Assembly (NCBI GenBank): GCA_034520885.1 | Contig: JAXHNE010000004.1 | Location: forward strand, 9,983-73,982 | Source: Candidatus Saccharimonadota bacterium | GTDB lineage: Bacteria > Patescibacteriota > Saccharimonadia > Saccharimonadales > JAXHNE01 | DNA: 64,000 bases | Direction: 5' to 3' | Shown: piece by piece, positions 19,877 through 30,985 of the stretch | Numbering within the stretch: position 1 is the stretch's first letter | Layout of the letters: each line of letters begins with the position of its first letter | The notes under the pieces: generated by a model | Database searches by the model: none | Seen by the model: the letters and a program-made list of their open reading frames with translations, nothing else | Told to the model about the DNA's origin: nothing | Made by a program: the position numbers and the translations under genes

Positions 19877-22474
19877 ATGGCTGAAGAAGATGTAAATAAT
19901 ACACCGGAACCAATCGTGCCCGAGCCGGAAGTAATGCCGCCACGTGACACTTCGCATTCGCGCGTGGTCGAAGATTTGTCCATCGAAAACGTCATGGAGG
20001 ACAACTACCTCCGCTATTCCATGAGCGTTATTGTGGAACGCGCTTTGCCGGACGTACGCGACGGTATGAAACCGGTGCATCGTCGTATTCTTTACACCAT
20101 GAACCGCGACGGTTTGCGCAGTACCGCCAAGTATCGTAAGAGTGCCAACGTGGTCGGTGCCGTCATGGGTGATTATCACCCGCACGGCGACGCCGCGATT
20201 TATGACTCCATGGTGCGCTTGGCCCAGCCGTGGGCTATGCGCTATATGCTGGTGAACGGGCAGGGGAACTTCGGATCCATGGACGGTGATCCACCGGCCG
20301 CTATGCGCTATACCGAAGCCAAGATGCAAAAGCTGGCCGATGAAGTCCTCACGGACATCGACAAGGAAACCGTCGATTACATGGATAACTATGATTCCCG
20401 GCTCAAAGAACCCAAAGTCCTCCCCGCGAAACTCCCTAACTTGTTGCTGAACGGACAGTTGGGTATTGCCGTGGGTATGGCGACTAACATCCCACCGCAC
20501 AATCTCGGGGAGCTAATGGATGCTACAATTCACCAGATTGATAATCCGGAAGCTCACGTTGATGATCTTTTGGAATACGTTAAAGGTCCGGACTTTCCGA
20601 CCGGCGGCGTGGTTTACGGCAAAGAATCGCTGCGTACGGCTTACGCGACCGGCCGTGGTGGTATCGTGGTGCGCGGTGTGGCCGAAGTCGTGGAAGGCGA
20701 AAAGAATAAACACCAAATTATTATTTCCGAAATTCCCTATGGCCTGAACAAGGCGAGCCTTCTAGAGAAGATTGCCGATCTGCACAAGGATAAAAAGGTC
20801 AGCGGGCTTGCCGACTTGCGTGATGAAAGCTCCCGCGGGAAAGTGCGTATCGTGGTGGATCTCAAAAAAGACGCCTACCCCAAAAAGCTACTCAACCAAC
20901 TGTTCAAGATGACGCCTTTGCAAACCTCCTTTAACTTCAACATGATGGCGTTGGTAGACGGTATTCAACCGCGTGTCATGGGCTTACAGGACATTATTCA
21001 AGAGCACATTAAGCACCGCCAAAAAGTGGTGCGCCGCCGCACGGAGTTCGAACTGCGCAAAGCCAAAGACCGCGCGCATGTCCTGGACGGCTTGAAGATC
21101 GCGCTGGATCATATCGACGAAGTTATCCAAACCATCCGCTCCAGCGAAACCACCGAAGAAGCCCAAGCTAACTTAATTAAAAAGTTCAAGCTCAGTGAAA
21201 TCCAAGCCAAGGCCATTTTGGCCATGCAGCTGCGCGCCCTGGCCGGTCTGGAACGCAAGAAAGTAGAAGACGAGCTGGCCGAGCTTAAAAAACTCATTTC
21301 CGAGCTGGAAAAGATCCTGGCCGATGAAGAAGAGATCCTCAAGATCATCAAAAACGAGTTCAAAGAACTCAAAGAACAATACGCTGACGAACGCCGCACC
21401 AAGATAATTTCGCACGAACTGGGCAAAATGAGCGACGAAGACCTGATTCCCGATGAAGACGTAGTCATTACGCTGACTCGCGGTGGCTACATCAAGCGCA
21501 ACAATGCCGATGAATACAAGCGCCAAGGTCGTGGCGGCAAGGGTAAGCGCGGCATCAGTACCAAGGAAGAAGACATCGTGGAACAGCTAATCTACGCCAG
21601 CACCCACGAATACCTCCTGTTCTTCACCAACAAGGGGCGCGTGTTCCGCATCAAGGCCTACGAAATTCCAAAATCCGGCCTAAACGCCAAGGGCATCGCC
21701 ATCGTGAACTTACTGCAAACCCAGCCGGAAGAAACCATCACCAGCTTTATTAAGCTGGAGGCCAAACCCAGCGACAACAAGGGGTATCTGTTCATGTGCA
21801 CCAAGCGGGGAACGGTAAAGAAAACGGCACTGGAACAATACCAAAATGTTCGCTCTACCGGTTTGATCGCTATTAATCTGGACGAAGGTGACGAACTGCG
21901 CTGGATTCGTGTAACAAGTGGTGATAACGAAGTGGTTATTTCCACCGCGCAAGGGCAGGCCATTCGCTTCCACGAGGAAGGCGTACGCGCTATGGGCCGT
22001 ACGGCTCGTGGTGTGCGCGGCATCCGTTTGCGAAAAGAGGATATCGTGATCGGAATGGACGTGGTGGAGGAAAACGCCAACATCTTTGTCATCAGCAGCA
22101 ACGGCTACGGCAAGCGCACCAAAGTGGCACAGTTTACCGCCCATGCCCGAGGTGGAGTGGGTATCCGATCCGCGATCGTGAATGATAAAACCGGTAAGCT
22201 CATCGGCGTAAAGTCGCTCAAGGGTGACAATAAAGAAGAAGTCATCATCATCTCCGAACACGGGCAAACGATTCGCTTGGGCTTACAAGACATCCCATCA
22301 CTGGGCCGCGCCACGCAGGGCGTACGCATTATGCGCCTGGCAGAAGATGACCACGTCGTATCACTGGCCTTAGTCGCCAAAGAGGAAGATGAAGAAGACG
22401 GAAAAGAAGCCGCCAAGCCGGCATCCGCTAAGAAAAAGCCGGAAACTAAACCCAAGAATTCAAAGAAGAAGTAA
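19877..22474 (+). CDS. gyrA: DNA gyrase subunit A
   Basis: [29 protein letters not shown], the active-site Tyr region, and C-terminal beta-pinwheel repeats with a KE-rich tail. Confidence 0.95.
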   Translation: MAEEDVNNTPEPIVPEPEVMPPRDTSHSRVVEDLSIENVMEDNYLRYSMSVIVERALPDVRDGMKPVHRRILYTMNRDGLRSTAKYRKSANVVGAVMGDYHPHGDAAIYDSMVRLAQPWAMRYMLVNGQGNFGSMDGDPPAAMRYTEAKMQKLADEVLTDIDKETVDYMDNYDSRLKEPKVLPAKLPNLLLNGQLGIAVGMATNIPPHNLGELMDATIHQIDNPEAHVDDLLEYVKGPDFPTGGVVYGKESLRTAYATGRGGIVVRGVAEVVEGEKNKHQIIISEIPYGLNKASLLEKIADLHKDKKVSGLADLRDESSRGKVRIVVDLKKDAYPKKLLNQLFKMTPLQTSFNFNMMALVDGIQPRVMGLQDIIQEHIKHRQKVVRRRTEFELRKAKDRAHVLDGLKIALDHIDEVIQTIRSSETTEEAQANLIKKFKLSEIQAKAILAMQLRALAGLERKKVEDELAELKKLISELEKILADEEEILKIIKNEFKELKEQYADERRTKIISHELGKMSDEDLIPDEDVVITLTRGGYIKRNNADEYKRQGRGGKGKRGISTKEEDIVEQLIYASTHEYLLFFTNKGRVFRIKAYEIPKSGLNAKGIAIVNLLQTQPEETITSFIKLEAKPSDNKGYLFMCTKRGTVKKTALEQYQNVRSTGLIAINLDEGDELRWIRVTSGDNEVVISTAQGQAIRFHEEGVRAMGRTARGVRGIRLRKEDIVIGMDVVEENANIFVISSNGYGKRTKVAQFTAHARGGVGIRSAIVNDKTGKLIGVKSLKGDNKEEVIIISEHGQTIRLGLQDIPSLGRATQGVRIMRLAEDDHVVSLALVAKEEDEEDGKEAAKPASAKKKPETKPKNSKKK

Positions 22475-22513
22475 ATGTAGCAAAAAATGCTACATGGGTT
22501 GCCAAACAATTAG

Positions 22514-22542
22514 TTGACACACCTGTTTTATGTCTGTATATT
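22514..22542 (+). promoter_or_regulatory. 16S rRNA promoter (TTGACA-17-TATATT)
   Basis: ttgaca cacctgttttatgtctg tatatt, about 580 nt upstream of the mature 16S 5' end. Confidence 0.6.
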
Positions 22543-23202
22543 GGTACGAGTCTCTTGGTGGACTGGCTATGAGTCTGTCTTCAAAAATCTTGCGAGAATT
22601 TTTGACCACCCAAGAGAAGCCAACATGAACCTTCACACTTTAGACTCAGACGCAATTTCTTTCGCGTAGCACAGCGAGGCGTACTTCCTGTACGGCGAGC
22701 GAGCAACACAGAAAAAATTGTGTATGAGGCAAAGAGCAATCACGGGTTTCTGGCTATGCCAGAAAGCAGGAGATTGTGCTGTGAAGTTCAGGTTTGTTAA
22801 AAATTTATGTACGTGCCAATCACAACGCCAATACCACCCGTCAGAGCACTTCTGGTCTCGTAACAGGAGCTAAAGGATTTTCGTTTGGAGTTCTAATTCT
22901 TCAAGCCGCGATTCACTTACGGAATGTTTTAAATACTTAAAACAGTAACAGGTCTAACTTTGAGCGAAAGAATTGCCCCGTCATACGACAGGGCTTCAAA
23001 AATTCGCTTCGCTCATTTTGAAGCAAGTTCGAAGCTGATCCAACGAGAGGGCGATCCGTTCTCACCGAGCCCCGCCATACGACAAGGCCTCAAAAAAACG
23101 TTTCGCGGACTCATCATTTTTTGAAGAAGTTTGATCCCGGCTCAGGACTGAACGCTGTGCTGGACGTGCCTAAGACAGTGCGGAAGTCGTAGCGGCAGCG
23201 AG

Positions 23203-23312
23203 TTCCTCTCTGTGGTTCGGAACATAGTTAATAGTTAAGAAGTAATAGATAAGAAATTCAAAAATCTCACCTATTATCTATCATCTATATATTCCGAGCT
23301 AGAGAGAGGAAT
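23203..23312 (+). other. AT-rich ~110 nt insertion in 16S V1 flanked by inverted repeat ttcctctct/agagagaggaa
   Basis: It is absent from the E. coli-type helix 6 region. It contains agttaatagttaag and atctatcatctat motifs. Confidence 0.7.
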
Positions 23313-23423
23313 GTCGGCGAGCGGCGGACGGCTGAGTAACACGTAGGAACGTACCCCAAACTGAGGGATAAGCACCAGAAATGGTGTCTAATACCACATG
23401 TGGTGCGTCTCGCATAGGCGAGA

Positions 23424-23498
23424 CAATAGTTAATAGGAAAGTAGTTAATAGGTAAGAATTCAACCGAATATCATCTATCATCTATCAACTATCAATCT
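23424..23498 (+). other. AT-rich ~75 nt insertion in 16S V2 sharing agttaatag / atcatctatc motifs with the V1 insertion
   Basis: caatagttaataggaaagtagttaataggtaagaattcaaccgaatatcatctatcatctatcaactatcaatctg. Confidence 0.7.
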
Positions 23499-23638
23499 GA
23501 TTGGCGCTTCGCTCGCGCGAGGCGCATCAAAGCTTCGGCGGTTTGGGAACGGCCTGCGCAATGCATCAAAGCTTGTCGGCGAGGTAACGGCTTACCAAGG
23601 CGACGATCATTAGCTGGTCTGAGAGGATGATCAGCCAG

Positions 23639-23682
<44 letters not shown>

Positions 23683-24077
23683 AGGGAATTTTCCACAATG
23701 GACGAAAGTCTGATGGAGCAACGCCGCGTGCAGGATGAAGGCTTTCGGGTCGTAAACTGCTTTTAATAGTGAAGATTTTTGACGGTAGCTATTGAATAAG
23801 GATCGGCTAACTCCGTGCCAGCAGCCGCGGTCATACGGAGGATCCAAGCGTTATCCGGAATTACTGGGCGTAAAGAGTTGCGTAGGTGGCATCGTAAGTT
23901 GGTAGTGAAAGCGTGAGGCTCAACCTCATACCCATTATCAAAACTGCGACGCTAGAGGACGAGAGAGGTCGCTGGAATTGCTAGTGTAGGAGTGAAATCC
24001 GTAGATATTAGCAGGAACACCGATGGCGTAGGCAGGCGACTGGCTCGCTCCTGACACTAAGGCACGAAAGCGTGGGT

Positions 24078-24111
<34 letters not shown>

Positions 24112-24214
24112 CGTAAACGATGGATGCTGGCTGTAAGAAGTATCGACCCTTCTTGTAGCGAAGCTAACGCGTTAAGCATCCCGCCTGTGGAGTACGGCCG
24201 CAAGGCTAAAACAT

Positions 24215-24250
<36 letters not shown>

Positions 24251-24354
24251 GTGTTGTTTAATTCGATGGTAAGCGAAGAACCTTACCCAGGTTTGACATT
24301 CCGATTGAAGGACTCCGAAACGGACTGGTCTTCTTGAGCCGTGGTGACAGGTGT

Positions 24355-24401
<47 letters not shown>

Positions 24402-24687
24402 TCAACGAGCGCAACCCTTATAGTTAGTTGGATTTTTCTAGCTAGACTGCCCTGGTAACAGGGAGGAAGGAGGGGATGATGTCAGGTCAGTATTACCCTT
24501 ATGCCTGGGGCTAGAAACACGCTACAATGGCCGGTACAAAGGGCTGCCAAGTCGCGAGACGGAGCAAATCCCATCAAAGCCGGTCCCAGTTCGGATAGCA
24601 GGCTGAAATTCGCCTGCTTGAAGCCGGAATCGCTAGTAACGGTGAGTCAGAACATGAACCGCGGAACAGGTTCCCGGGTCTTGTACA

Positions 24688-25511
24688 AAATAAATGCGCC
24701 TGGCAGCGCATTGGACTAGGTGGTGAAAATCCACTTCCGCTATCCAGCGGATAGCTGAGAGCAGGGCATCTCTGGTAACAGAATGCCCGAAGGGCTCAAT
24801 ACGCAAAAGATAGTCTTAAATATCCGTTTGACAACGGAAGCTCGTAGCGATCTATGATATGTGTACCATAGGGAAGCTACCAAGAAAGAGTGTTTAGGAA
24901 TGTCCGAAACAGCCCAATGTGTGACCCAGGGAGATCCTATAGCCGAAGTAATCGCGCCTTTTAAGTAAGGCTAGGCAATAGGAAGTCAGCTGAGTTCGTA
25001 GTAGTACATGTAGTAAAATACATATATAAAGGAACGAACTTCGTGCTGAATCCGCATTACATTGTTGGTTTTGTTGATGGAGAGGGATGTTTTAGCATCA
25101 CTATCAATAAAAACGGCAACGGGTTACCGGAAGTTCGACTCATTTTCGAGATTGAACTTCGGGAAGATGATGAACCAATCTTGCATGAAATTAGTAAAGT
25201 TCTAGATTGCGGCAGTATTTACCGCTTAGAATACGAAAGGTATGCCAAATGGCGACCCCACGTAAAGCTAAAAATCAGTAACTTTAAGGGCATTTCAACC
25301 AAGATAATTCCATTTTTCCAACGGTATCCGCTTCAGGCTAAGAAGCGTTTGCAGTTTGAAAAGTTTTGCCAAGTAGCAGAGCTTATTAAAGCCAAACGGC
25401 ATCTTACACCTGAAGGAGTAGAGCAGATTCAAGCCTTAAGGCACGAAGACTCGCGTAGTGCGTTAGACGCGCACGCTACGTGGGGAGCAACAGAGATTAA
25501 CTGATTGCAAT
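24688..25511 (+). mobile_element. intron (group I-like) in 16S rRNA at the E. coli ~1391 position, carrying a LAGLIDADG homing endonuclease ORF
   Basis: Joining the flanks restores the universal CTTGTACACACCGCCCGTCA. Candidate P7 strands GGACUAGG ... AAGAUAGUC are present. The ORF occupies the 3' half. Exact boundaries are +/- a few nt. Confidence 0.8.
25043..25504 (+). CDS. LAGLIDADG-family homing endonuclease (intron-encoded)
   Basis: 153 aa. IVGFVDGEGCFSITI is the LAGLIDADG motif. It is a single-motif, homodimer-type enzyme. Confidence 0.85.
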   Translation: MLNPHYIVGFVDGEGCFSITINKNGNGLPEVRLIFEIELREDDEPILHEISKVLDCGSIYRLEYERYAKWRPHVKLKISNFKGISTKIIPFFQRYPLQAKKRLQFEKFCQVAELIKAKRHLTPEGVEQIQALRHEDSRSALDAHATWGATEIN

Positions 25512-25908
25512 CACCGCCCGTCAAACCATGGAAGTCGCCAATACCTGACGTCTGGCCCAGAGCCGGCCTAAGGTAGGGGAGATGACTGGGGTTAAGTCGT
25601 AACAAGGTATCCGTAGCGGAAGCTGCGGATGGATTACCTCCTTTCTAGGGAGATAAACTAAGCGGAGCTTAGCTAGTTGTTAGTAATCAGTCTACGGTTG
25701 TCAGTTCAGGAGTTCCTGCTGATAACTAAGCACAGAAAACAGATAACTAGCCGCAGGCTCCAGCTAGGCGATCCAAGGTCTGTTGTCCATAGTAAGCAAC
25801 AGATACCGTTGATAATTTATTATCTGAATGGAAATTACTAGAACCACGAATCTGAGTTGGTTTGCGCTACATAAAGTTTTAACCCAAAAACTTTGACCAA
25901 ACTAAAAG

Positions 25909-25940
25909 GCAGCCGAGCAAGTAGGCTGCTTTTTAGTTTT
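25909..25940 (+). terminator. rho-independent terminator downstream of 16S
   Basis: gcagcc gagcaagta ggctgc followed by tttttagtttt. This implies 16S is transcribed separately from 23S. Confidence 0.6.
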
Positions 25941-26126
25941 CTTTGGCTATTTTGAGCTTTTTGCCTCCGGTACTCAGGGCACCGTACCGGCATGTACGGC
26001 TTCTTCCGTTTCCTCACCAAGAAAGCCCAAACTAGCTCAAAGTCAAAGCTTTTGGCGAGTCGGCGACTAATCCTTTGCTGTTCTCGCGAAGAAAATCCAA
26101 AACTAGCCCAAAGCTAAAGTTTTTGA

Positions 26127-26732
26127 CTAAACCTTTTCTGGCAATTCTTCACTATCAGCGGTGACACTTTCTGGAAATTCGTACTTAAACTTCAGTATCA
26201 TTTCAGTGAATTTCATAATGTCTTTTGCTTCGGTTTGGCCCATGATAATAATCTCATGGTTTGCATCATTGCCAAGCTCCCGTATTTTGTCGACCCACAC
26301 CTTACTATTCGGTGGTGTATAGTGGTTGTCAACCAAATAGTCCACATAGGCCACAAACTTCTTACCTTCGTTCGCGCCAGCTTCCACAGCTATGTGCATT
26401 AGTAGCTTTCTGCCTGCAAGCACCACTGACGTATATGCGTTGGCTGCTGTTGAGCGCCTCATTTCAGCATACAAGTCTTCGATGTCCTTCGGTAAGTGGT
26501 CTATCGTCTCGCCAAGCATTGGTGCAGGAACTTGCTCGTCGTTGGATATTTTTGATATCAAAGTTGGCCTGTTGCATGAATGGCATATGTATAAAAATGC
26601 AGTTGGTGCTCCTGATGGTTTTAGACATGAGTAGCCTACGTTAGATGTTATATCTGCACTGCAGTTACCGCACGTATAACGTCTACTTTCTATAGTATTG
26701 ATTTGTCTCCAAGTACCAGTATGTGCTTGCAT
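26127..26732 (-). CDS. Zn-ribbon + DUF4145-like protein, hypothetical (possible defence-associated)
   Basis: N-terminus: CGNC...CHSC. C-terminus: LMHIAVEAG...VDYLVDNHY...IRELGNDANHE, resembling the DUF4145 R-x-GN-x-aH signature. This is memory-based, with no search. Confidence 0.45.
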   Translation of the reverse strand: MQAHTGTWRQINTIESRRYTCGNCSADITSNVGYSCLKPSGAPTAFLYICHSCNRPTLISKISNDEQVPAPMLGETIDHLPKDIEDLYAEMRRSTAANAYTSVVLAGRKLLMHIAVEAGANEGKKFVAYVDYLVDNHYTPPNSKVWVDKIRELGNDANHEIIIMGQTEAKDIMKFTEMILKFKYEFPESVTADSEELPEKV

Positions 26733-26868
26733 AGTTTTTCCTTTGTATTAATTAAATTGCGATTTTAGTGTTTTTGCCCTCTCGAGTAATCCCACATTAC
26801 GCTGGCTACACCATACACCTTAGGTTTGCAAAAAGCAAGAAACATTGTATAGCCATAAGCAGTATAAA

Positions 26869-27156
26869 CTAGTATTCTAAGGGGTAGCGTGTTACGCAAT
26901 CTAGTTGTGCTGCGTGTTTTGCCAGGAAAACTTCTTCAGGAGTTCGATACGAGTAGATATCCTTGATGTTTGCATCACCCGACGTGGAAAATCGTTCATT
27001 AACTTGTTCGCTACACGCTTTGCTGAGCAAACGAATATGGTTGTCGCGGTCAGCTTTAGATTGTTCAGCCCTACTGTCATAAACACCAACACTAACAACA
27101 AATAGACTTATCGTTAAAATGGTTACCCAAGACATCACCAAGATTGTATTCTTCAT
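26869..27156 (-). CDS. small secreted/membrane protein, hypothetical
   Basis: The probable start is MKNTILVMSWVTILTISLFVVSVGVY (signal/TM). Confidence 0.3.
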   Translation of the reverse strand: MKNTILVMSWVTILTISLFVVSVGVYDSRAEQSKADRDNHIRLLSKACSEQVNERFSTSGDANIKDIYSYRTPEEVFLAKHAAQLDCVTRYPLEY

Positions 27157-27336
27157 GACCCAATCATAGCACAAGAGGACTATCAGAATTTTCATTGGAG
27201 GGGTGGTTTGTTTCGCTGTACAGCGAATTTCTTATGCTCAGAGACTTTTAAGTCACTAGTTAGTTGCGGTATTTACTACAACAACAGAACACGTAAATAA
27301 TTTACAAAATTGTAAAAAAATTGTATCATATGACTT

Positions 27337-27753
27337 ATGCGAAATTTTGAAGCTTTGTTAGGGCAAACAAAAGAGGAGATTGATTCCTTTATGATAGAGA
27401 ACGATGCAGATGGGTGTGTAGGATGCCCTATGGCTCGTTTAGCTGCGGCTGATGTACTTTGGAGGCGAAAGAATTGGAATAGTATGGAAAGTAGGCCAAG
27501 CATCTACAATGATTTGCTTGAAAAAAATGGCGCAGAACTCATAGAGAAAGAGCTAAAATTTAGTGGCTTGAGCGGTGCATGCGATGGTTACTCTGAAAGG
27601 TGGTCACCAGATACTCCGCGACCAGCAGGAATGTGCAATAGCAAAGACATGGAGTATTCAAGAATTGAGATTACAGCAGGCCGGATATTAGAGACCTTCG
27701 ACTGGGTCCTGCCACCTGCAGTAAAAACGCTCATTGGTATTCGCCAAAAGTAG
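27337..27753 (+). CDS. hypothetical protein (138 aa, several Cys)
   Basis: An open reading frame with no recognisable motif. Confidence 0.3.
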   Translation: MRNFEALLGQTKEEIDSFMIENDADGCVGCPMARLAAADVLWRRKNWNSMESRPSIYNDLLEKNGAELIEKELKFSGLSGACDGYSERWSPDTPRPAGMCNSKDMEYSRIEITAGRILETFDWVLPPAVKTLIGIRQK

Positions 27754-27792
27754 CTTTTTATGAGTTCGAGTGATACGTGGTTTGTAAATTTC

Positions 27793-28221
27793 TTATTCTA
27801 CTTTTTGGTAGAGTTGGTGGTCTTCAAGGCGAACTTTACCTTTTTGCCAGTCGTTTAGGGCCAAATCAAGGATGAGTGATATACCCCAATCTTTACCTTC
27901 TGGTGTGAATCTGTAAATCTCTGACGGGTGTAAGCCGGTGGCATCTTGCCATATTTTAGTTGGGTGTTCACCAATTTCTATGAGGGGTTCGTAACTAGTA
28001 TTATCTATGGACGAAGGTACATAAAGACCCCTCATTCTTTGCAATACTCGTCTTACACCAGAGGTGACGGAAGGAATATGGGGCTCAATTTCTGGAGCGG
28101 TGAGCGCAGGTTCAAGCTCAACTGTCTTAGCTGAAGCGACAGTTGTCAGTATGAATACTCTTCCCAGCCTGAGGTTTGCAGGCGCAAATTCAAAGCTGGC
28201 TTGTTCTGAACCACTAGTCAT
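27793..28221 (-). CDS. hypothetical protein (142 aa)
   Basis: An open reading frame with no recognisable motif. Confidence 0.3.
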   Translation of the reverse strand: MTSGSEQASFEFAPANLRLGRVFILTTVASAKTVELEPALTAPEIEPHIPSVTSGVRRVLQRMRGLYVPSSIDNTSYEPLIEIGEHPTKIWQDATGLHPSEIYRFTPEGKDWGISLILDLALNDWQKGKVRLEDHQLYQKVE

Positions 28222-28308
28222 TAGATGATTTTTTACTTTCTATTAAACTTAAGCAACCATGAGCGGCATGCCTTTCTATGGTTGATCGTGGTAAAATTTT
28301 TACAGATA

Positions 28309-28546
28309 AAAGAGGAAATACAAACATGGCACGACTACCGGTACCAGGAGGGGATGTCGGAAACTGGGGTGAGATTCTCAACAGTTATCTCAAAGTCTCG
28401 CATGACTCCGGTGGAGCCATTAAATCCGGTAGCGTTACCAACGGAATGTTGGCGGGTAGTATTGCGCAAAACAAAATCACCAACTTAACCAGTGACCTAG
28501 CGGACAAGTACGTTTTGCCAGGGGGTGGCGTACCAGAAGCCGATCT
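28309..28546 (+). repeat. copy 1 of a 238 bp exact direct repeat (RBS + first 74 codons of fibre gene A)
   Basis: It is identical to 30748-30985: aagaggaaatacaaacATGgcacgactaccggtaccagga...gaagccgatct. Confidence 0.9.
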
Positions 28547-29474
28547 GAGTTCCGCTGTGCAAACGAAGCTTAATGCTTCGACGGCCTGGGGCGGTATTAC
28601 CGGTACGCTTAGTGACCAAACTGATTTACAAACCGCATTGGACGCAAAATTTAACACGAGTAGCATTATTGATGATGACACATTTGCTACTGCGACCGCG
28701 AGCAATGTTGCCAGCGCCGAATCAACTAAAACCTATATAGATACGGAGGTAGCTGCAGTACAAAGCGATGTAGACGACTTGGAGGCCGCCCAAACGGAAA
28801 TCAATGCTTTGCCAGCTGGTACGACCCCTGATGGTACGGAAGAGTTTCCAGCAGATCAATCAGGAACAACGGTTAAATTTACTTTGGACGAAGTGGGGGA
28901 TTTACTATTCGGACGCGATATTACGATGACTCCCGGGGTAGATGGTCATATAAGTGTTGTTGACTCGTCGGGCGTACCCGAACTGGCTTTGCGGCAAAAC
29001 ACCGCTGACAGCAATGACGGTATTGTGCTTAGTTTCGCTTTCGGTCAACCGGCGATTAGTCTGGGTGCCGGTTCAGCGGCAGTCGATGTACTGCTGGTAA
29101 GGACGGATGCTGGAAAGCTGCGTATGTCGGCAAGCGGCGGTGCGGTTCCCGCTCTAGAGGCGCCGGTCACTAATCCTATCGTTTCCACAACGGTTGATCG
29201 TACGTTTGTGGGAGGTGATGTGGGTAAAATAGTAGAAGTAACACACGGTTCCACCGTGCGAACCCAAACTGTTCCACCCAACTCATCAGTAGCGTACCCA
29301 GTAGGCAGTAATCTATATGTGCGCAAAACAGGAACGGCTAACGTCGCTATTGCTGCGGGTTCCGGCGTGACTATTCGTGACCCGAACGCGCTGGGACTTA
29401 CCATCTCAACACAATATGAAACAAGACGTCTGATGAAGCGGGCCACAGACGAATGGGTAATGACTCGATTATGA
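28326..29474 (+). CDS. phage-tail-fibre-like protein A (constant N-terminal module, unique C-terminus)
   Basis: MARLPVPGGDVGNWGEILNSYLKVSHDSGG... is identical to protein B for 74 aa, then diverges. It contains FATATASNVASAESTKTYIDTEVAAV, a motif common in tail fibres, and a Gly/Ser/Thr/Val-rich beta-type C-terminus. There is no signal peptide. Confidence 0.6.
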   Translation: MARLPVPGGDVGNWGEILNSYLKVSHDSGGAIKSGSVTNGMLAGSIAQNKITNLTSDLADKYVLPGGGVPEADLSSAVQTKLNASTAWGGITGTLSDQTDLQTALDAKFNTSSIIDDDTFATATASNVASAESTKTYIDTEVAAVQSDVDDLEAAQTEINALPAGTTPDGTEEFPADQSGTTVKFTLDEVGDLLFGRDITMTPGVDGHISVVDSSGVPELALRQNTADSNDGIVLSFAFGQPAISLGAGSAAVDVLLVRTDAGKLRMSASGGAVPALEAPVTNPIVSTTVDRTFVGGDVGKIVEVTHGSTVRTQTVPPNSSVAYPVGSNLYVRKTGTANVAIAAGSGVTIRDPNALGLTISTQYETRRLMKRATDEWVMTRL

Positions 29475-30289
29475 CGTTATTCACAAATACCGGTGCCAAA
29501 ATCGTCTCAAACACAGGAGGTCCGCTCAGGAACCGCAATACCGCATTTGTTGATGCGTTTTCTCGCGCCGATAGTGCGTCATTGGGGAACGGCTGGATTG
29601 ATGGTCATGATTGGGACAACACCGCTTATGAACCACTGGGAATTTACAACAAAGCCGCAGTGGTATCAGATCCAACTGCTCGTGTCGGTGCAGATTATGC
29701 CGAAGACCAATTCGAAGCACACCCGCCATTAGACGGCAAGCAACATCAAGGTATTGGTTGTGCCTGGAGAGATATGGGCACCGAATCGGTGTATTTGGAA
29801 GTTGAGTGGAGTGGTCTTATGAGTATTAACGAAGGTCACCATGTGGAAGGCGCCCCCATAGTGCATGTTGTTCCGGGATCGCCCGAACATGGGCTTGGTA
29901 TTTGGCCTTCTGCTTTAAATGATTCGACGCCGTTATTCTTTATTGCGGGAATTGGCAACCCGCCCGAAGATTTCGGAAATTATATTTATGCCGTCGCGGG
30001 GTACTCACATACGGATGGTATGCCACGCAAGTTGGGGATTCAAACGAACGGGACGACCGCAACGTTTTGGCTTGATGGCCCTCCGGGGGTCGGGACACAA
30101 ATAAGTCTTAGTGGTTTTGGTGGCAGCCCCGCTTATGGTTTAAATCCTTTTCCAGTTCCGGCGAACCTGCAAAACTCGACTCTACACGGTTTTGAGCTAG
30201 ATACGCACTATGTATCTCCCCCTTATGCGCAATGGACGGATATTCCTGCCACTCCTGTCGTAAATAGCATTGTAATTAAGCCAAATTGA
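29453..30289 (+). CDS. hypothetical protein overlapping the 3' end of fibre gene A (partner/assembly or second fibre component)
   Basis: 278 aa. Its start overlaps the upstream gene by 22 nt (translational coupling). The composition is Gly/Pro/Trp-rich. Confidence 0.45.
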   Translation: MGNDSIMTLFTNTGAKIVSNTGGPLRNRNTAFVDAFSRADSASLGNGWIDGHDWDNTAYEPLGIYNKAAVVSDPTARVGADYAEDQFEAHPPLDGKQHQGIGCAWRDMGTESVYLEVEWSGLMSINEGHHVEGAPIVHVVPGSPEHGLGIWPSALNDSTPLFFIAGIGNPPEDFGNYIYAVAGYSHTDGMPRKLGIQTNGTTATFWLDGPPGVGTQISLSGFGGSPAYGLNPFPVPANLQNSTLHGFELDTHYVSPPYAQWTDIPATPVVNSIVIKPN

Positions 30290-30747
30290 TATTTTTGGCT
30301 TAGGGTAGTCACGCACACGTTAATCTTAAGCTACATTTTAATGAGAGGCTATTATTTTTTCACGCCGGAGTTATTTGAATCACCGAAGTTATATTGCGAA
30401 AAAGGGTTTATAGAAAAAATCTAGGGCACTAATCGTGTCCATTATGCCATGATACGGTCATGAAAAAAGATGTCCCAGATGTCCGGTTCAGTCAACTAAT
30501 CCGGAACAAACAAGCGTCCAAGTAGTTTTCGGGTGTCGTGAACAGGTTCGGCCTGTTCTGTCTTGCGGCCCATTCGTCCAGGATGGAACGCAAGTGCTTG
30601 GTGGGGATACAACCGTAGAGTTTTCTCATGTAGCGCTTCATGACTCCCGTACATATAAACCCAATATAGCGCATGACAGCTGAAGCAACCACGAAAAACG
30701 GTGCTTTTTTATACGTTAGCGTGTTAAAATTTAAGCGAACTATTAAA

Positions 30748-30985
30748 GAAGAGGAAATACAAACATGGCACGACTACCGGTACCAGGAGGGGATGTCGGA
30801 AACTGGGGTGAGATTCTCAACAGTTATCTCAAAGTCTCGCATGACTCCGGTGGAGCCATTAAATCCGGTAGCGTTACCAACGGAATGTTGGCGGGTAGTA
30901 TTGCGCAAAACAAAATCACCAACTTAACCAGTGACCTAGCGGACAAGTACGTTTTGCCAGGGGGTGGCGTACCAGAAGCCGATCT
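30748..30985 (+). repeat. copy 2 of the 238 bp exact direct repeat
   Basis: It is identical to 28309-28546. Confidence 0.9.

Noticed and set aside
20984-22509. Several 100-185 aa antisense ORFs within gyrA (e.g. 21710-22267, 22105-22509).
   Set aside because: They are fully embedded antisense to a highly conserved gene. This is a typical artefact of GC-rich codon usage.
28309-30985. Diversity-generating retroelement or invertible shufflon as explanation for the duplicated fibre-gene module.
   Set aside because: No reverse transcriptase, no template repeat with adenine-specific mismatches, no recombinase or invertase, and the repeats are direct rather than inverted. Homologous recombination or gene conversion is the simpler model.
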